Positions 23,482 through 33,416 of a stretch of 64,000 bases of DNA are shown one piece after another. A program made the translations under genes and the position numbers. Location of the stretch: assembly GCF_001194135.2 (NCBI RefSeq), contig NC_068985.1, positions 16,158,473 through 16,222,472 of the forward strand, in the 5' to 3' direction. Each line of letters opens with the position of its first letter. The stretch's first letter is position 1. A model generated the notes under the pieces. That model saw only the letters and a list, made by a program, of their open reading frames with translations, was not told the origin of the DNA and did not search any database. The DNA comes from Octopus bimaculoides (taxonomy: Eukaryota).

Positions 23482-24414
23482 NNNNNNNNNNNNNNNNNNN
23501 NNNNNNNNNNNNNNNNNNNNNNNNNNNNNNNNNNNNNNNNNNNNNNNNNNNNNNNNNNNNNNNNNNNNNNNNNNNNNNNNNNNNNNNNNNNNNNNNNNNN
23601 NNNNNNNNNNNNNNNNNNNNNNNNNNNNNNNNNNNNNNNNNNNNNNNNNNNNNNNNNNNNNNNNNNNNNNNNNNNNNNNNNNNNNNNNNNNNNNNNNNNN
23701 NNNNNNNNNNNNNNNNNNNNNNNNNNNNNNNNNNNNNNNNNNNNNNNNNNNNNNNNNNNNNNNNNNNNNNNNNNNNNNNNNNNNNNNNNNNNNNNNNNNN
23801 NNNNNNNNNNNNNNNNNNNNNNNNNNNNNNNNNNNNNNNNNNNNNNNNNNNNNNNNNNNNNNNNNNNNNNNNNNNNNNNNNNNNNNNNNNNNNNNNNNNN
23901 NNNNNNNNNNNNNNNNNNNNNNNNNNNNNNNNNNNNNNNNNNNNNNNNNNNNNNNNNNNNNNNNNNNNNNNNNNNNNNNNNNNNNNNNNNNNNNNNNNNN
24001 NNNNNNNNNNNNNNNNNNNNNNNNNNNNNNNNNNNNNNNNNNNNNNNNNNNNNNNNNNNNNNNNNNNNNNNNNNNNNNNNNNNNNNNNNNNNNNNNNNNN
24101 NNNNNNNNNNNNNNNNNNNNNNNNNNNNNNNNNNNNNNNNNNNNNNNNNNNNNNNNNNNNNNNNNNNNNNNNNNNNNNNNNNNNNNNNNNNNNNNNNNNN
24201 NNNNNNNNNNNNNNNNNNNNNNNNNNNNNNNNNNNNNNNNNNNNNNNNNNNNNNNNNNNNNNNNNNNNNNNNNNNNNNNNNNNNNNNNNNNNNNNNNNNN
24301 NNNNNNNNNNNNNNNNNNNNNNNNNNNNNNNNNNNTATATATATATATATATATATATATATTCTATAATGAACCCTGAACTAGCCTCATACTGTTCAGA
24401 GATAATGATTTACC

Positions 24415-24670
24415 AATTTTGTAAAACATTGCATCAATAAGTTTAGAAACGATCTGATAGACATGTATGGAACACTGAATATTACTAAGAATATTTCACT
24501 TTTTAGACATCCCACTAAATCTGACCACAAGTAAACTACAGCCTCTAAAATGCCAAATGAAGAAACAATATACATACACAAACATTCTAACCACTGTCCA
24601 GTCACAATTAATAACCTATTTAGATCAGGAAGTAGAACTGACAGCTCATCATCTGCTGGATATTTTCGAC
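24415..24670 (+). mobile_element. Penelope-type reverse transcriptase fossil
   Basis: Frameshifted translation ...FLDIPLNLTTSKLQP/KMPNEETIYIHKHSNHCPVTINNL resembles the PLE RT motif FLDxxLxLxxxxYxPYxKPNxxxxYIxxxSNHP. Confidence 0.65.
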
Positions 24671-24877
24671 TGTGTCACCTTCCATTATCATAACAGTTAC
24701 AAAAAGTAATTTTAGTGAGTAAGCAATATAAAAGGAACATTACCCACATAATAGCTGGACCAGGAAGAAAAATATGTTTAAGTTCAACAACATAGCAAGT
24801 TCAATCCATCCTCTATAGACGTTGAGGCTAGTTCAGGGTTCATTATAGAATAAGAGTGACTTCCTCCTCCTCCTCCT

Positions 24878-25510
24878 CATCATCATCATCATCATCATCA
24901 TTTAATGTCCGCCTTCCATGCTAGCACGGGTTGGACGATCTGACTGAGGACTGGCAAGCCAGATGGCTGCACCAGGCTCCAATCTGATCTGGCAGAGTTT
25001 CTACAGCTGGATGCCCTTCCTAATGCCAACCACTTCGAGAGTGTAGTGGGTGCTTTTACGTGCCACCGGCACGAGGGCCAGTCACACGGTACTGGCAACA
25101 GCCACACTCAAAAAGGTGTTTTTTATGTGCCACCTGCATGGGAGCCAGTCCAGCGGCACCGGCAACGACCTCACTCGAATGATTTTCTAACGTGCCACCA
25201 GCACAAGTGCTAGAAGGCAACGCTGGTAACGATTACGCTCAAATGGTGCTATTTATGGGCCACTAACACGAAAGCCAGACAGCTGCTCTGGCAATGAACA
25301 TGCTCGGACAGTGCTGTTAGTGCTCCACTGGCGCAGGTGCCAGTCATCGAGTATGGTTCAATTACAATTTCGATTTCNNNNNNNNNNCGAGTATGGTTCA
25401 ATTACAATTTCGATTTCACTTGCCCCAACAGGTCTTCGCAAGCAGAGTTTAGTGTCCAATGAAGGAGAGGTTGGCATGGGTGCCAGTCATCAGATTTATT
25501 TCGATTTCAG
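24878..25510 (-). mobile_element. SINE family D
   Basis: Reverse complement of 28452-28920; (CAT)n tail at 24878-24900. Confidence 0.85.
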
Positions 25511-25685
25511 ATTTCAATCTTGGTGATAATGACACTAACTGTAGTATATGTTTTCTCAAATTCCAGGGCCTTTTGAGAGGAAAGAGTTAGATATAGAAAC
25601 ATATTGTATCAAACTGGACAAATCTTCAAAGTGTTTATTTATACTGTTGAACTACATGATAATCTTGATTTTTAATATCTTTCAG

Positions 25686-25997
25686 AAAATTTCAATGAAA
25701 ACTCCAGTTAATAGCAGCAAATCGATTTCCATCATAAACGACAACCAAAAACATTACAATACCAATTTGGCTTTTGTTGGTGATAATTCTGAAGATTATT
25801 TTTCTGATTTCCAAGCAGACATCGATGATTTTTATATAGTACTCGAGAAAGACTCAACATTGTTCCCTTCGACTAAAGAACTAAAACTAGAATTAATGCA
25901 TGACATTATGTTGGATGATATATCTTTGAAAGGTGCCGATGCCAATGAACACTTTGATGAGGTCTCACCTAAAAATCAAAACAATGTAATTGTTTGA
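25686..25997 (+). CDS. Terminal coding exon of the membrane protein (acidic, Tyr-containing tail)
   Basis: Acceptor tttaatatctttcag|, phase 0. 103 codons KISMKTPVNS...HYNTNLAFVGDNSEDYFSDFQADIDDFYIVLEKD...QNNVIV* in non-repetitive sequence. Further exons could be hidden in the gaps at 22055-22259 and 23482-24335. Confidence 0.65.
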   Translation, partial: KISMKTPVNSSKSISIINDNQKHYNTNLAFVGDNSEDYFSDFQADIDDFYIVLEKDSTLFPSTKELKLELMHDIMLDDISLKGADANEHFDEVSPKNQNNVIV

Positions 25998-26936
25998 TAT
26001 TGATAAGCCATGTCAAATCACACACCTTATTGGAGAAAATCCAAAGTTTCAGATGCAAGCTTACAGATACATATTCACATTCCTTTGTACATACACAAAC
26101 ACACACACACACACGCACGTGTGTGTGTGTGTGTGTGTGCATATGAATGTAATTGATATATATGGCTGTAAATAGATATGAATGTGTCCTTTCAGGTGAT
26201 TGTATGTTATCATCAGCTTTGAAAAACAAATAACTTTACTACATAAACTGAATACTTTTTCTCCATTTCAATCATGAAAATATGTGTAAATATATATATC
26301 ATATATAGATGCATATGTGTGTGTGTGTGTGTGTGTGAGGTGGATTCTCCCATAAGCTTCAACATATGAAGATCTAACTGATAATATCATACCTGTTAGA
26401 CAATCCACATAGTTGAGCTGTTTTCAGTAGTGAAGGCCAGGACCAGTTACACTTTTTGGAAATTCTAATAACAGAAAATGGGTGCAACAACTTAATGAAC
26501 ACCATACCTGAGGCTTCTCTTTTAGAGTTCTCAGATTTTGGTTTAATTACCTTTGCAATAGCATAGATTCCAGCCCATCCTTGAAGGCTAAATACACATC
26601 TTGGGACCAAATCAGAAATTTCTAAGTCCTTGGGCATATACATATATATATATATATATATATATGTATAACTGGATGGGCATTGAAACACCAGTTTGAT
26701 AAAGTAATGTATGTATGCATGCATAAATGTCTGTACATACACACAATATATATATAAATACATAATTGAAAAAATTGGAGTCAACAAGGAGTACGGCTGG
26801 ACATTTGTTTTTTAATCGCTACAATTGTTTCCACACAAAGTATGAATGCATAAAAACATATATGTATGTATGTATGCATGTATAAATATATATATATACT
26901 TTATTTAAAAGCAGCAGAAATATAACAAAAAGCTGT

Positions 26937-26968
<32 letters not shown>

Positions 26969-27187
26969 CTTTACAAGTAAAAGGGTAAAGGAATATTAGT
27001 TTATTAATGAATTAATAATTAATAATTTTTACCAAGCACATCAGTATGTAAACACCATTATCGGTGAAGAACTTATTTAAAAGTTCTTATAAATTTATAA
27101 ACATAATTAAGGGATCAGCAACAGTTGCTTCACCACATACCGAAGTTCAGAAATAGCAGCTAAAGTGCTAAAACTCCAACAGATAGC
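26969..27187 (-). mobile_element. Second copy of the 32.2-32.9 kb Penelope-like unit, running into an N-gap
   Basis: Shares aaaagggtaaagga...ttaccaagc...aattaagggatcagcaacag and ttgcttcaccacataccgaagttcagaaatagcagc across the unit junction. Confidence 0.75.
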
Positions 27188-28451
27188 NNNNNNNNNNNNN
27201 NNNNNNNNNNNNNNNNNNNNNNNNNNNNNNNNNNNNNNNNNNNNNNNNNNNNNNNNNNNNNNNNNNNNNNNNNNNNNNNNNNNNNNNNNNNNNNNNNNNN
27301 NNNNNNNNNNNNNNNNNNNNNNNNNNNNNNNNNNNNNNNNNNNNNNNNNNNNNNNNNNNNNNNNNNNNNNNNNNNNNNNNNNNNNNNNNNNNNNNNNNNN
27401 NNNNNNNNNNNNNNNNNNNNNNNNNNNNNNNNNNNNNNNNNNNNNNNNNNNNNNNNNNNNNNNNNNNNNNNNNNNNNNNNNNNNNNNNNNNNNNNNNNNN
27501 NNNNNNNNNNNNNNNNNNNNNNNNNNNNNNNNNNNNNNNNNNNNNNNNNNNNNNNNNNNNNNNNNNNNNNNNNNNNNNNNNNNNNNNNNNNNNNNNNNNN
27601 NNNNNNNNNNNNNNNNNNNNNNNNNNNNNNNNNNNNNNNNNNNNNNNNNNNNNNNNNNNNNNNNNNNNNNNNNNNNNNNNNNNNNNNNNNNNNNNNNNNN
27701 NNNNNNNNNNNNNNNNNNNNNNNNNNNNNNNNNNNNNNNNNNNNNNNNNNNNNNNNNNNNNNNNNNNNNNNNNNNNNNNNNNNNNNNNNNNNNNNNNNNN
27801 NNNNNNNNNNNNNNNNNNNNNNNNNNNNNNNNNNNNNNNNNNNNNNNNNNNNNNNNNNNNNNNNNNNNNNNNNNNNNNNNNNNNNNNNNNNNNNNNNNNN
27901 NNNNNNNNNNNNNNNNNNNNNNNNNNNNNNNNNNNNNAAATATTTTGATGTGACTATTTTTCTACTGAACCAAATCTCAAACTATTTATGCCAAAGTGTA
28001 GCTGAGGAGGTGTCCTCTTTAAAACAATAGTTTGCAATTTAGTTGAAAACTGAATTAGTGGTGAAGCTTGGAAGCTGCTGCGATTGACGAAATGGTGGAC
28101 TTAAGAATATATTCGACCACTTCCATGGTTGAATGATATATATATATATATGTATACTAGCTTAAAAGCTGTCCTATCGAGCGGCTTTTAAGCTAATATA
28201 TAGCTTTTAAGCAACTGACCCTGAATGTGAAGATCTGCAAACAGATCTCTGACTTGTTCTGAAGAATTTGTTACAATTGCTTCCTCCAGAGTCATATCAC
28301 AATAATGATCATAATATTCATCACAAAAAATCATGTCAAATAAATCGACGGAAACAATTGCAGTAATAAAAACCAACGAATCCAAAATTTCAGGATTGCA
28401 GGTCGGGATTTGGCCCAGAATGTTTTTAATTTAGTCACAGAGTTAGCCTTT

Positions 28452-28920
28452 AGATTTTCGTTGACTGGCACCTGTACCAGTGGAGCACTAACAGCACTGT
28501 CCGAGCGTGATCATTGCCAAAGCAGCTGTCTGATTTCCATGCCAGTGGCACGTAAATAGCACCATTTGAGCGTGATTGTTGGCAGCGTCGCCTTAGTGGC
28601 ACTTGTGCCAGTGACATGTGAAAAAATATTCGAGCGAGGTCGTGCCAGTGCCGCTGGACTGGCTCCTGTGCAGGTGACACGTAAAATACACCATTTTGAG
28701 CATGGCCGTTGCCAGTACCGCCTGAATAGCCCTTGTGCCAGTGGTACATAAAAGCACCCACTACACTCTCGGAGTGGTTGGCGTTAGGAAGGGCATCCAG
28801 CTGTAGAAACTCTACCAGATCAAATTGGAGCCTGGTGCAGCCATCTGGTTCGCCAGTCCTCAGTCAAATTGTCCAACACATGCTAGCATGGAAAGCGGAC
28901 GTTAAACAATGATGATGATT
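28452..28920 (+). mobile_element. SINE family D (RTE-like 3' tail ggaaagcggacgttaaacgatgatgatg, internal gtgccag-rich subrepeats)
   Basis: Copies at 24878-25510 (-), 30190-30500, 43865-44217, 44785-45090, 46878-47108, 57551-57651 (+), 54372-54532 and 55325-55600 (-). Confidence 0.85.
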
Positions 28921-29182
28921 ATTATTATTATTACAAAAATTGTTATCGTACAAAAAAATTTGTCACAAAAAGTCACGTAAAAAAACTTGCTGAAAACAAT
29001 CTCAGTAAGGAAAACTTAGAAATCCAAACTTTCAGGATTGTGGGTCCTGTTCGGCCCGGAATGTTCTTAATTTACTCACGGAGTGAGTATGTTATGTTAG
29101 GTTATGGCCTCTAGGAGTTAAGTTGAAAAAGTGTGACACACTGACATTCACATTTATTATATTATTATATAATATTCTATTA

Positions 29183-29395
29183 AGGCGGCAAGCTGGCAGA
29201 ATCATTAGCACATTGGGCAAAATGCTTAGAGGTATTTCGTCAGGCATTAGGTTTTGAGTTCAAATTCTGCCGAGGTCGATTTTGCCTTTCATTCTTTTGA
29301 GGTCGATAAAGTTTGTGCCAGTTACGTACTGAGGTTGATGTAATCGACTTAATCCCTTCCCCCAAAATTTGAGGCCTTGTGCTTCCAGTAGAACG
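29183..29395 (+). mobile_element. SINE family B
   Basis: Same head and core as 13903-14103; flanked by a 45-bp direct repeat. Confidence 0.8.
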
Positions 29396-29873
29396 GATTT
29401 ATTAAAGTTGAAAAAGTGTGACACACTGACATTCACATTTATTATATTAGATATGTTTAATTTTGAGGAAACTTTATTTCAATTAAAGTATATTTTATAT
29501 ATATGTGTGTATATATATAATAAAGAAAGCAAGAAATAAAACAAATATGATAGTGTTCAGTATGTTGGCAACTGGAATTTCTGTTAAACAAAGTTGGGCA
29601 TCATCTCCCTCTTTCTCTCTCTTTTATTATTACTCCTACTGCCAGCATCAACACTACTACTTTTAATAAAACACCATCAGCTCTCCTTAAATTTCTTTGT
29701 CTCACTTTCTCTTTCTCTGTCTGTCTTCACCCCCGCCCTCATCGTCTCTATGCCTACTATAACTCTCACCCCATCATGAAGAATAGTAGGAGTGTCATTG
29801 AATAGTGAGAGAGAGGGTCTACGTGTGACACACTGACACACAGAAATTAGTTTTCGCATTTATTATATTATAT

Positions 29874-29924
<51 letters not shown>

Positions 29925-30583
29925 CAATGCACTCATAGTTGAAAGCTTTTGTATCACCCGATAGCTTCATCAGAGCTTCAAACATGAAGTGCAATTTTGT
30001 ATGGGAAAGCATTTGCATTTATAAATACACACAGTAAAGTATTACTAACAAAAAAAGCATAAATGTAAGCAGGAAATGAATTCAGGAGTTTGAGCATGAG
30101 AAGCCCATGACAGAAGCATTTAACTGTGTGTGCATAGCAGAAATAGCTAATGAAGTGTATGCCATAATTTCTTACACATACACACATAGTGCTGGTGGCA
30201 CGTGAAAAACAACAATCGAATGAGGTCATTGCCAGTGCCGCTGGACTGGCTCCTGTGCAGGTGGCATATAAAAACACCATTTGAGGGTGGCCGTTGCCAG
30301 TACCACCTGACTGGCCATCATGCTGGTGGCACGTAAAAGCACCCACTACACTCTCGGAGTGGTTGGCGTTAGGAAGGGCATCCAGCTGTAGAAACTCTGC
30401 CAGATCAGATTGGAGCCTGGTGCAGCCACTGCCTCACCAGTCCTCAGTCAAACCATCCAACCCATGCCAGCATGGAAAGCAGACGTTAAATGATGATGAT
30501 AATGATGTATGTGTGTGTGTATANNNNNNNNNNNNNNNNNNNNNNNNNNNNNNNNNNNNNNNNNNNNTAAATCCTTTTTACAG

Positions 30584-31150
30584 TCAAGTTTTGTTTATGG
30601 TCCATTCAAGTAGTGAGTTCTTATTGAGTGAGTTGTATCCAGTTATGGGTGGCTTGTCTGGTATTCCTTGAAGAAAGCTGTCTAGACTCCGTTTAAAGCT
30701 GATAGGATCCTTTTCCTCTTTAATCAGTTTTGGGACAATGTTAAACAGGGCAGGGCCTGTTGAGGAAAAGAAATTATGTCGCAGTGTACCTATATGCTGT
30801 GATCCTGAATTGGGCAGGGGACGTATGGCCCATGGTCCCAGCCTTGGATGAACCTTGAAACTAATGCTCAGGTCATTTGGGCAATGCTGGCGGTATATTT
30901 TCCACATCGTACAAATGATGTACAGCTCGCGGCGGTGCTGGAGAGAGTAGAGCTTCATGGATTTAAGGCAGTCCCAGTAATCAAGATCAGTCATGCCTTC
31001 AATTCGTTTGGTGAGTGCCCTCTGGGGTAATTCAATCCTCAAGATGTTTTGTTTTGTATGGGGAAACCACAAGGGGCAACAGTATTCGAAGTGTGGCCGT
31101 ACAAAGGAGGAGAAAAGTGGAATTATGACACCTTGTTCTGAGCATATTAT
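30584..31150 (-). mobile_element. CR1-group LINE 3' fragment (RT thumb / C-terminus)
   Basis: LFSSFVRPHFEYCCPLWFPH...DYWDCLKSMKLYSLQHRRELYIIC...FKRSLDSFL...YNSLNKNSLLEW: the typical CR1-group VRPxLEYCxxxWxP and LxSLxxRR motifs. Confidence 0.85.
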
Positions 31151-31322
31151 ACTCACAGATTACAGGTAATAACAAAGATAAAGATGAGTTTATGAGCAAT
31201 CAAATTTAAAGTAAACATAAAATGGAGAAATATTGATCAACAACAATTGACTTCCATCAATTATTATTTTTTAATTCAATACAAATAGACTGCATTTCAT
31301 CTAACAGCTGTTTCTGCTTCCA

Positions 31323-31480
31323 ATGTTATATGGTATTACCATTGATATGCTAAAAAAATAATATTCATAATAGTTGGTAATAAAACCGATCTGAAACATG
31401 GAGTTTCATCCAAGTGAAGAAAAATACATACGTAAAAGAAGAGCCAAGAGAGGAAAAGGAAAGGCTGAATATGTTTGAAT
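31323..31480 (+). pseudogene. Possible Rab/Ras-family small GTPase fossil fragment
   Basis: IIFIIVGNKTDLKH (31358-31399) matches the G4 box; flanked by in-frame stops. Confidence 0.35.
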
Positions 31481-32236
31481 CATACTATTTTGCTCATGTG
31501 TCTCTGGGATGTTGAGTAATGACTAAACTTAAAATAGTAACTGGTGAATTAATTTTTTTCTATTGGGGTAATAGGGTGGATAATAAAAAAAGTAAAAATA
31601 AAGGGATACGCCAATAGGTTAAGTAAAAGAGGGAGTGGAGGTACCATAAAGTTTAGAAGTAATCATAATAGATTTTTAATAATTATGTTTATAGTACAAA
31701 TTAGGGTTAGGGTTAGTTTCTATCATATTAAAGTGCCCAACAATTAATTTCAATTATTTGCTTACTAATATGTGGTAGAGTCCAACCACCTATTGCTCGT
31801 AATGGGACTGACCAAGGTCAATGTTTGATATAATTGGTCAGTTAAATTTGAAAACAAAGGGCAAGCTATTAAGAATGTTATATAGGTTGATATATATAAA
31901 TAATGGTATGGAAAAGTAGTATTTGTTGTCAGGAGCCCAAAAAATGCTTGGGAAATTATATATATATATTAAAAAAAAAAAAACAAGTACAATGCGAAGG
32001 AATGAACAATGCCAGCAGTATCATTAAAACATAGAGGTATCTGTTTGGACGATTAGGAATTAAGGCGGTTGGGTGGGGGGAATGGTCCAAAAGCTTTATA
32101 AAATAGGAGTGTTAAATTAGAATTTATTCTGTAGGAAAAGAATTAAGTGACCTAAATTGGGAGATAAGTCCAACTTCTGAACTAACATCCACAGTATCTA
32201 CATATATATATATTTATCTATCTATCTATATATATA

Positions 32237-32881
32237 TATAAACAAAATTAAGGGATCAGCAACAGGTTGCTTCACCACATACCGAAGTTCAGAAATAGCA
32301 GCTAAAAATGCTGAAATTCCAACAGATAGCAGATACCCGCAACTCACATAGGCAAAACAAGAAGAAAAATAACGAACTAACTAGCCATAGTTAATCATAG
32401 ACATGTTTCTGGTTTAGGAGTATAAAAACTCTTCATTACCTCATCGGTATGATATTCCTGTTGTAAATTCGACGATACTGGCAAATGTGCATGCACGATC
32501 TAGCGCCATCATTGCAGTCGACACATTTTGAAAGTATCTCCAAATCCACATAGGCGAGCCAGCCCATCATCTTCCCCCACGGATTACCATGTGCGTCGCA
32601 GGCAGTACCACAGAAAATCTGTGGTTTACTATCCGGGAGTGAATAATTAATTATTACAATTAAAAGGGTAAAGGATTATCAATTTATTAATAAATTAATA
32701 ATTAATAATTTTTACCAAGCCCTTCGGTATGTAAGCACCATTATCGGTGTGGAACTTATTTAAAAGTTCTTATACATTTATAAACAAAATTAAGGGATCA
32801 GCAACAGGGCTTGGTAAAAATTATTAATTATTAATTTATTAATAAATTGATAATCCTTTACCCTTTTAATTGTAATAATTA
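32237..32881 (-). mobile_element. Non-autonomous Penelope-like element / retrozyme-like unit (pseudo-LTR with direct and inverted ends)
   Basis: 30-nt direct repeat (32237-32266 = 32779-32808, period 542); perfect 76-bp inverted repeat (32648-32723 vs 32806-32881); internal hammerhead motif. Confidence 0.7.
32394..32453 (-). ncRNA. Degenerate minimal type-I hammerhead motif (U4C)
   Basis: Minus strand ATCATA-CCGATGA-GGT...ACC-A-GAA-ACATGT-C-TATGAT: perfect 6-bp stem I and palindromic stem III, but U4 is C and there is an extra A before GAAA. Confidence 0.55.
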
Positions 32882-32893
32882 TCTATATATATA

Positions 32894-32947
<54 letters not shown>

Positions 32948-33358
32948 CACACACACACACAAACAGGCTCTTTTCAGTTTCTGTCTACCAAATTCACTCA
33001 CAAGGTATTGGTTGGCTCCCTGTGTAGCACCTTGAGAAAGGTGCCACACAGGGAGACTGAACCCGAAACTTTGTAGTTGCAGAGTTAGCTTCATGACGAA
33101 CAACACAGCCATGCCTACACTTATAACTTTGCCCTCCAATTACTTGGCTCATCCTGTCACAATGATTGTTCTGAAGTAAAACAAAATAATTGATATCACT
33201 GGTTTCATAATAATTGATAATGTAATACTATTCTAGTATCAACAATGTTATGAATCTGAATTACAGTAATTAATGAAATAAAACAAATTCAGGACAAATC
33301 TATTTATTCACCAGAGTCTGAAGAAGTACAAGTACAACAAATTATATACAAATAACAA

Positions 33359-33416
<58 letters not shown>

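Larger units (their letters stand above)
28155..29870. mobile_element. Probable Helentron/DINE-like element fragmented by nested SINEs
   Basis: tatactagc start; repeated tttcaggattg...gcccagaatgtttttaattt block (28390, 29020); gtgtgacacactgaca...catttattatatta end motif at 29131, 29416 and 29824. Confidence 0.35.

Noticed and set aside
23441-24379. Long ORFs spanning N runs (also 27165-27953, 44445-45117, 56786-57634, 21911-22346)
   Set aside because: Their length comes from undetermined bases.
25348-25417. 30-bp direct repeat flanking a 10-N gap
   Set aside because: Same assembly-overlap artefact.
25548-25685. 5' part of the 149-aa ORF as coding
   Set aside because: A strong acceptor at 25685 and phase match show that only 25686-25997 is the likely exon.
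26551-26587. 37-nt minus-strand microexon candidate (ag|...LQGWAGIYAIAK|gtaatt)
   Set aside because: All three frames are open, with no partner exons or recognisable homology.
28452-28760. Internal gtgccag/ctggcac subrepeats resembling a CRISPR-like array
   Set aside because: Eukaryotic SINE-internal degenerate repeats without unique spacers or cas genes.
29594-29779. Hydrophobic signal-peptide-like ORF MGIISLFLSLLLLLLLPAS
   Set aside because: Built from low-complexity CT/TTA/CTA runs inside a repeat-rich block; no splice support.
29930-29990. Minus-strand CTGATGA-AGCTATC...GATAC-AAAAGCTT hammerhead-like remnant
   Set aside because: G12 is missing and stem I does not pair; at most a dead relic.
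31701-31716. (TTAGGG)2TTAG interstitial telomere-like repeat
   Set aside because: Under three units; too short to support a telomeric or fusion interpretation.
31500-32000. Possible Penelope RT remnant downstream of the 32.2-kb pseudo-LTR
   Set aside because: Only faint motif echoes; cannot be supported by eye.
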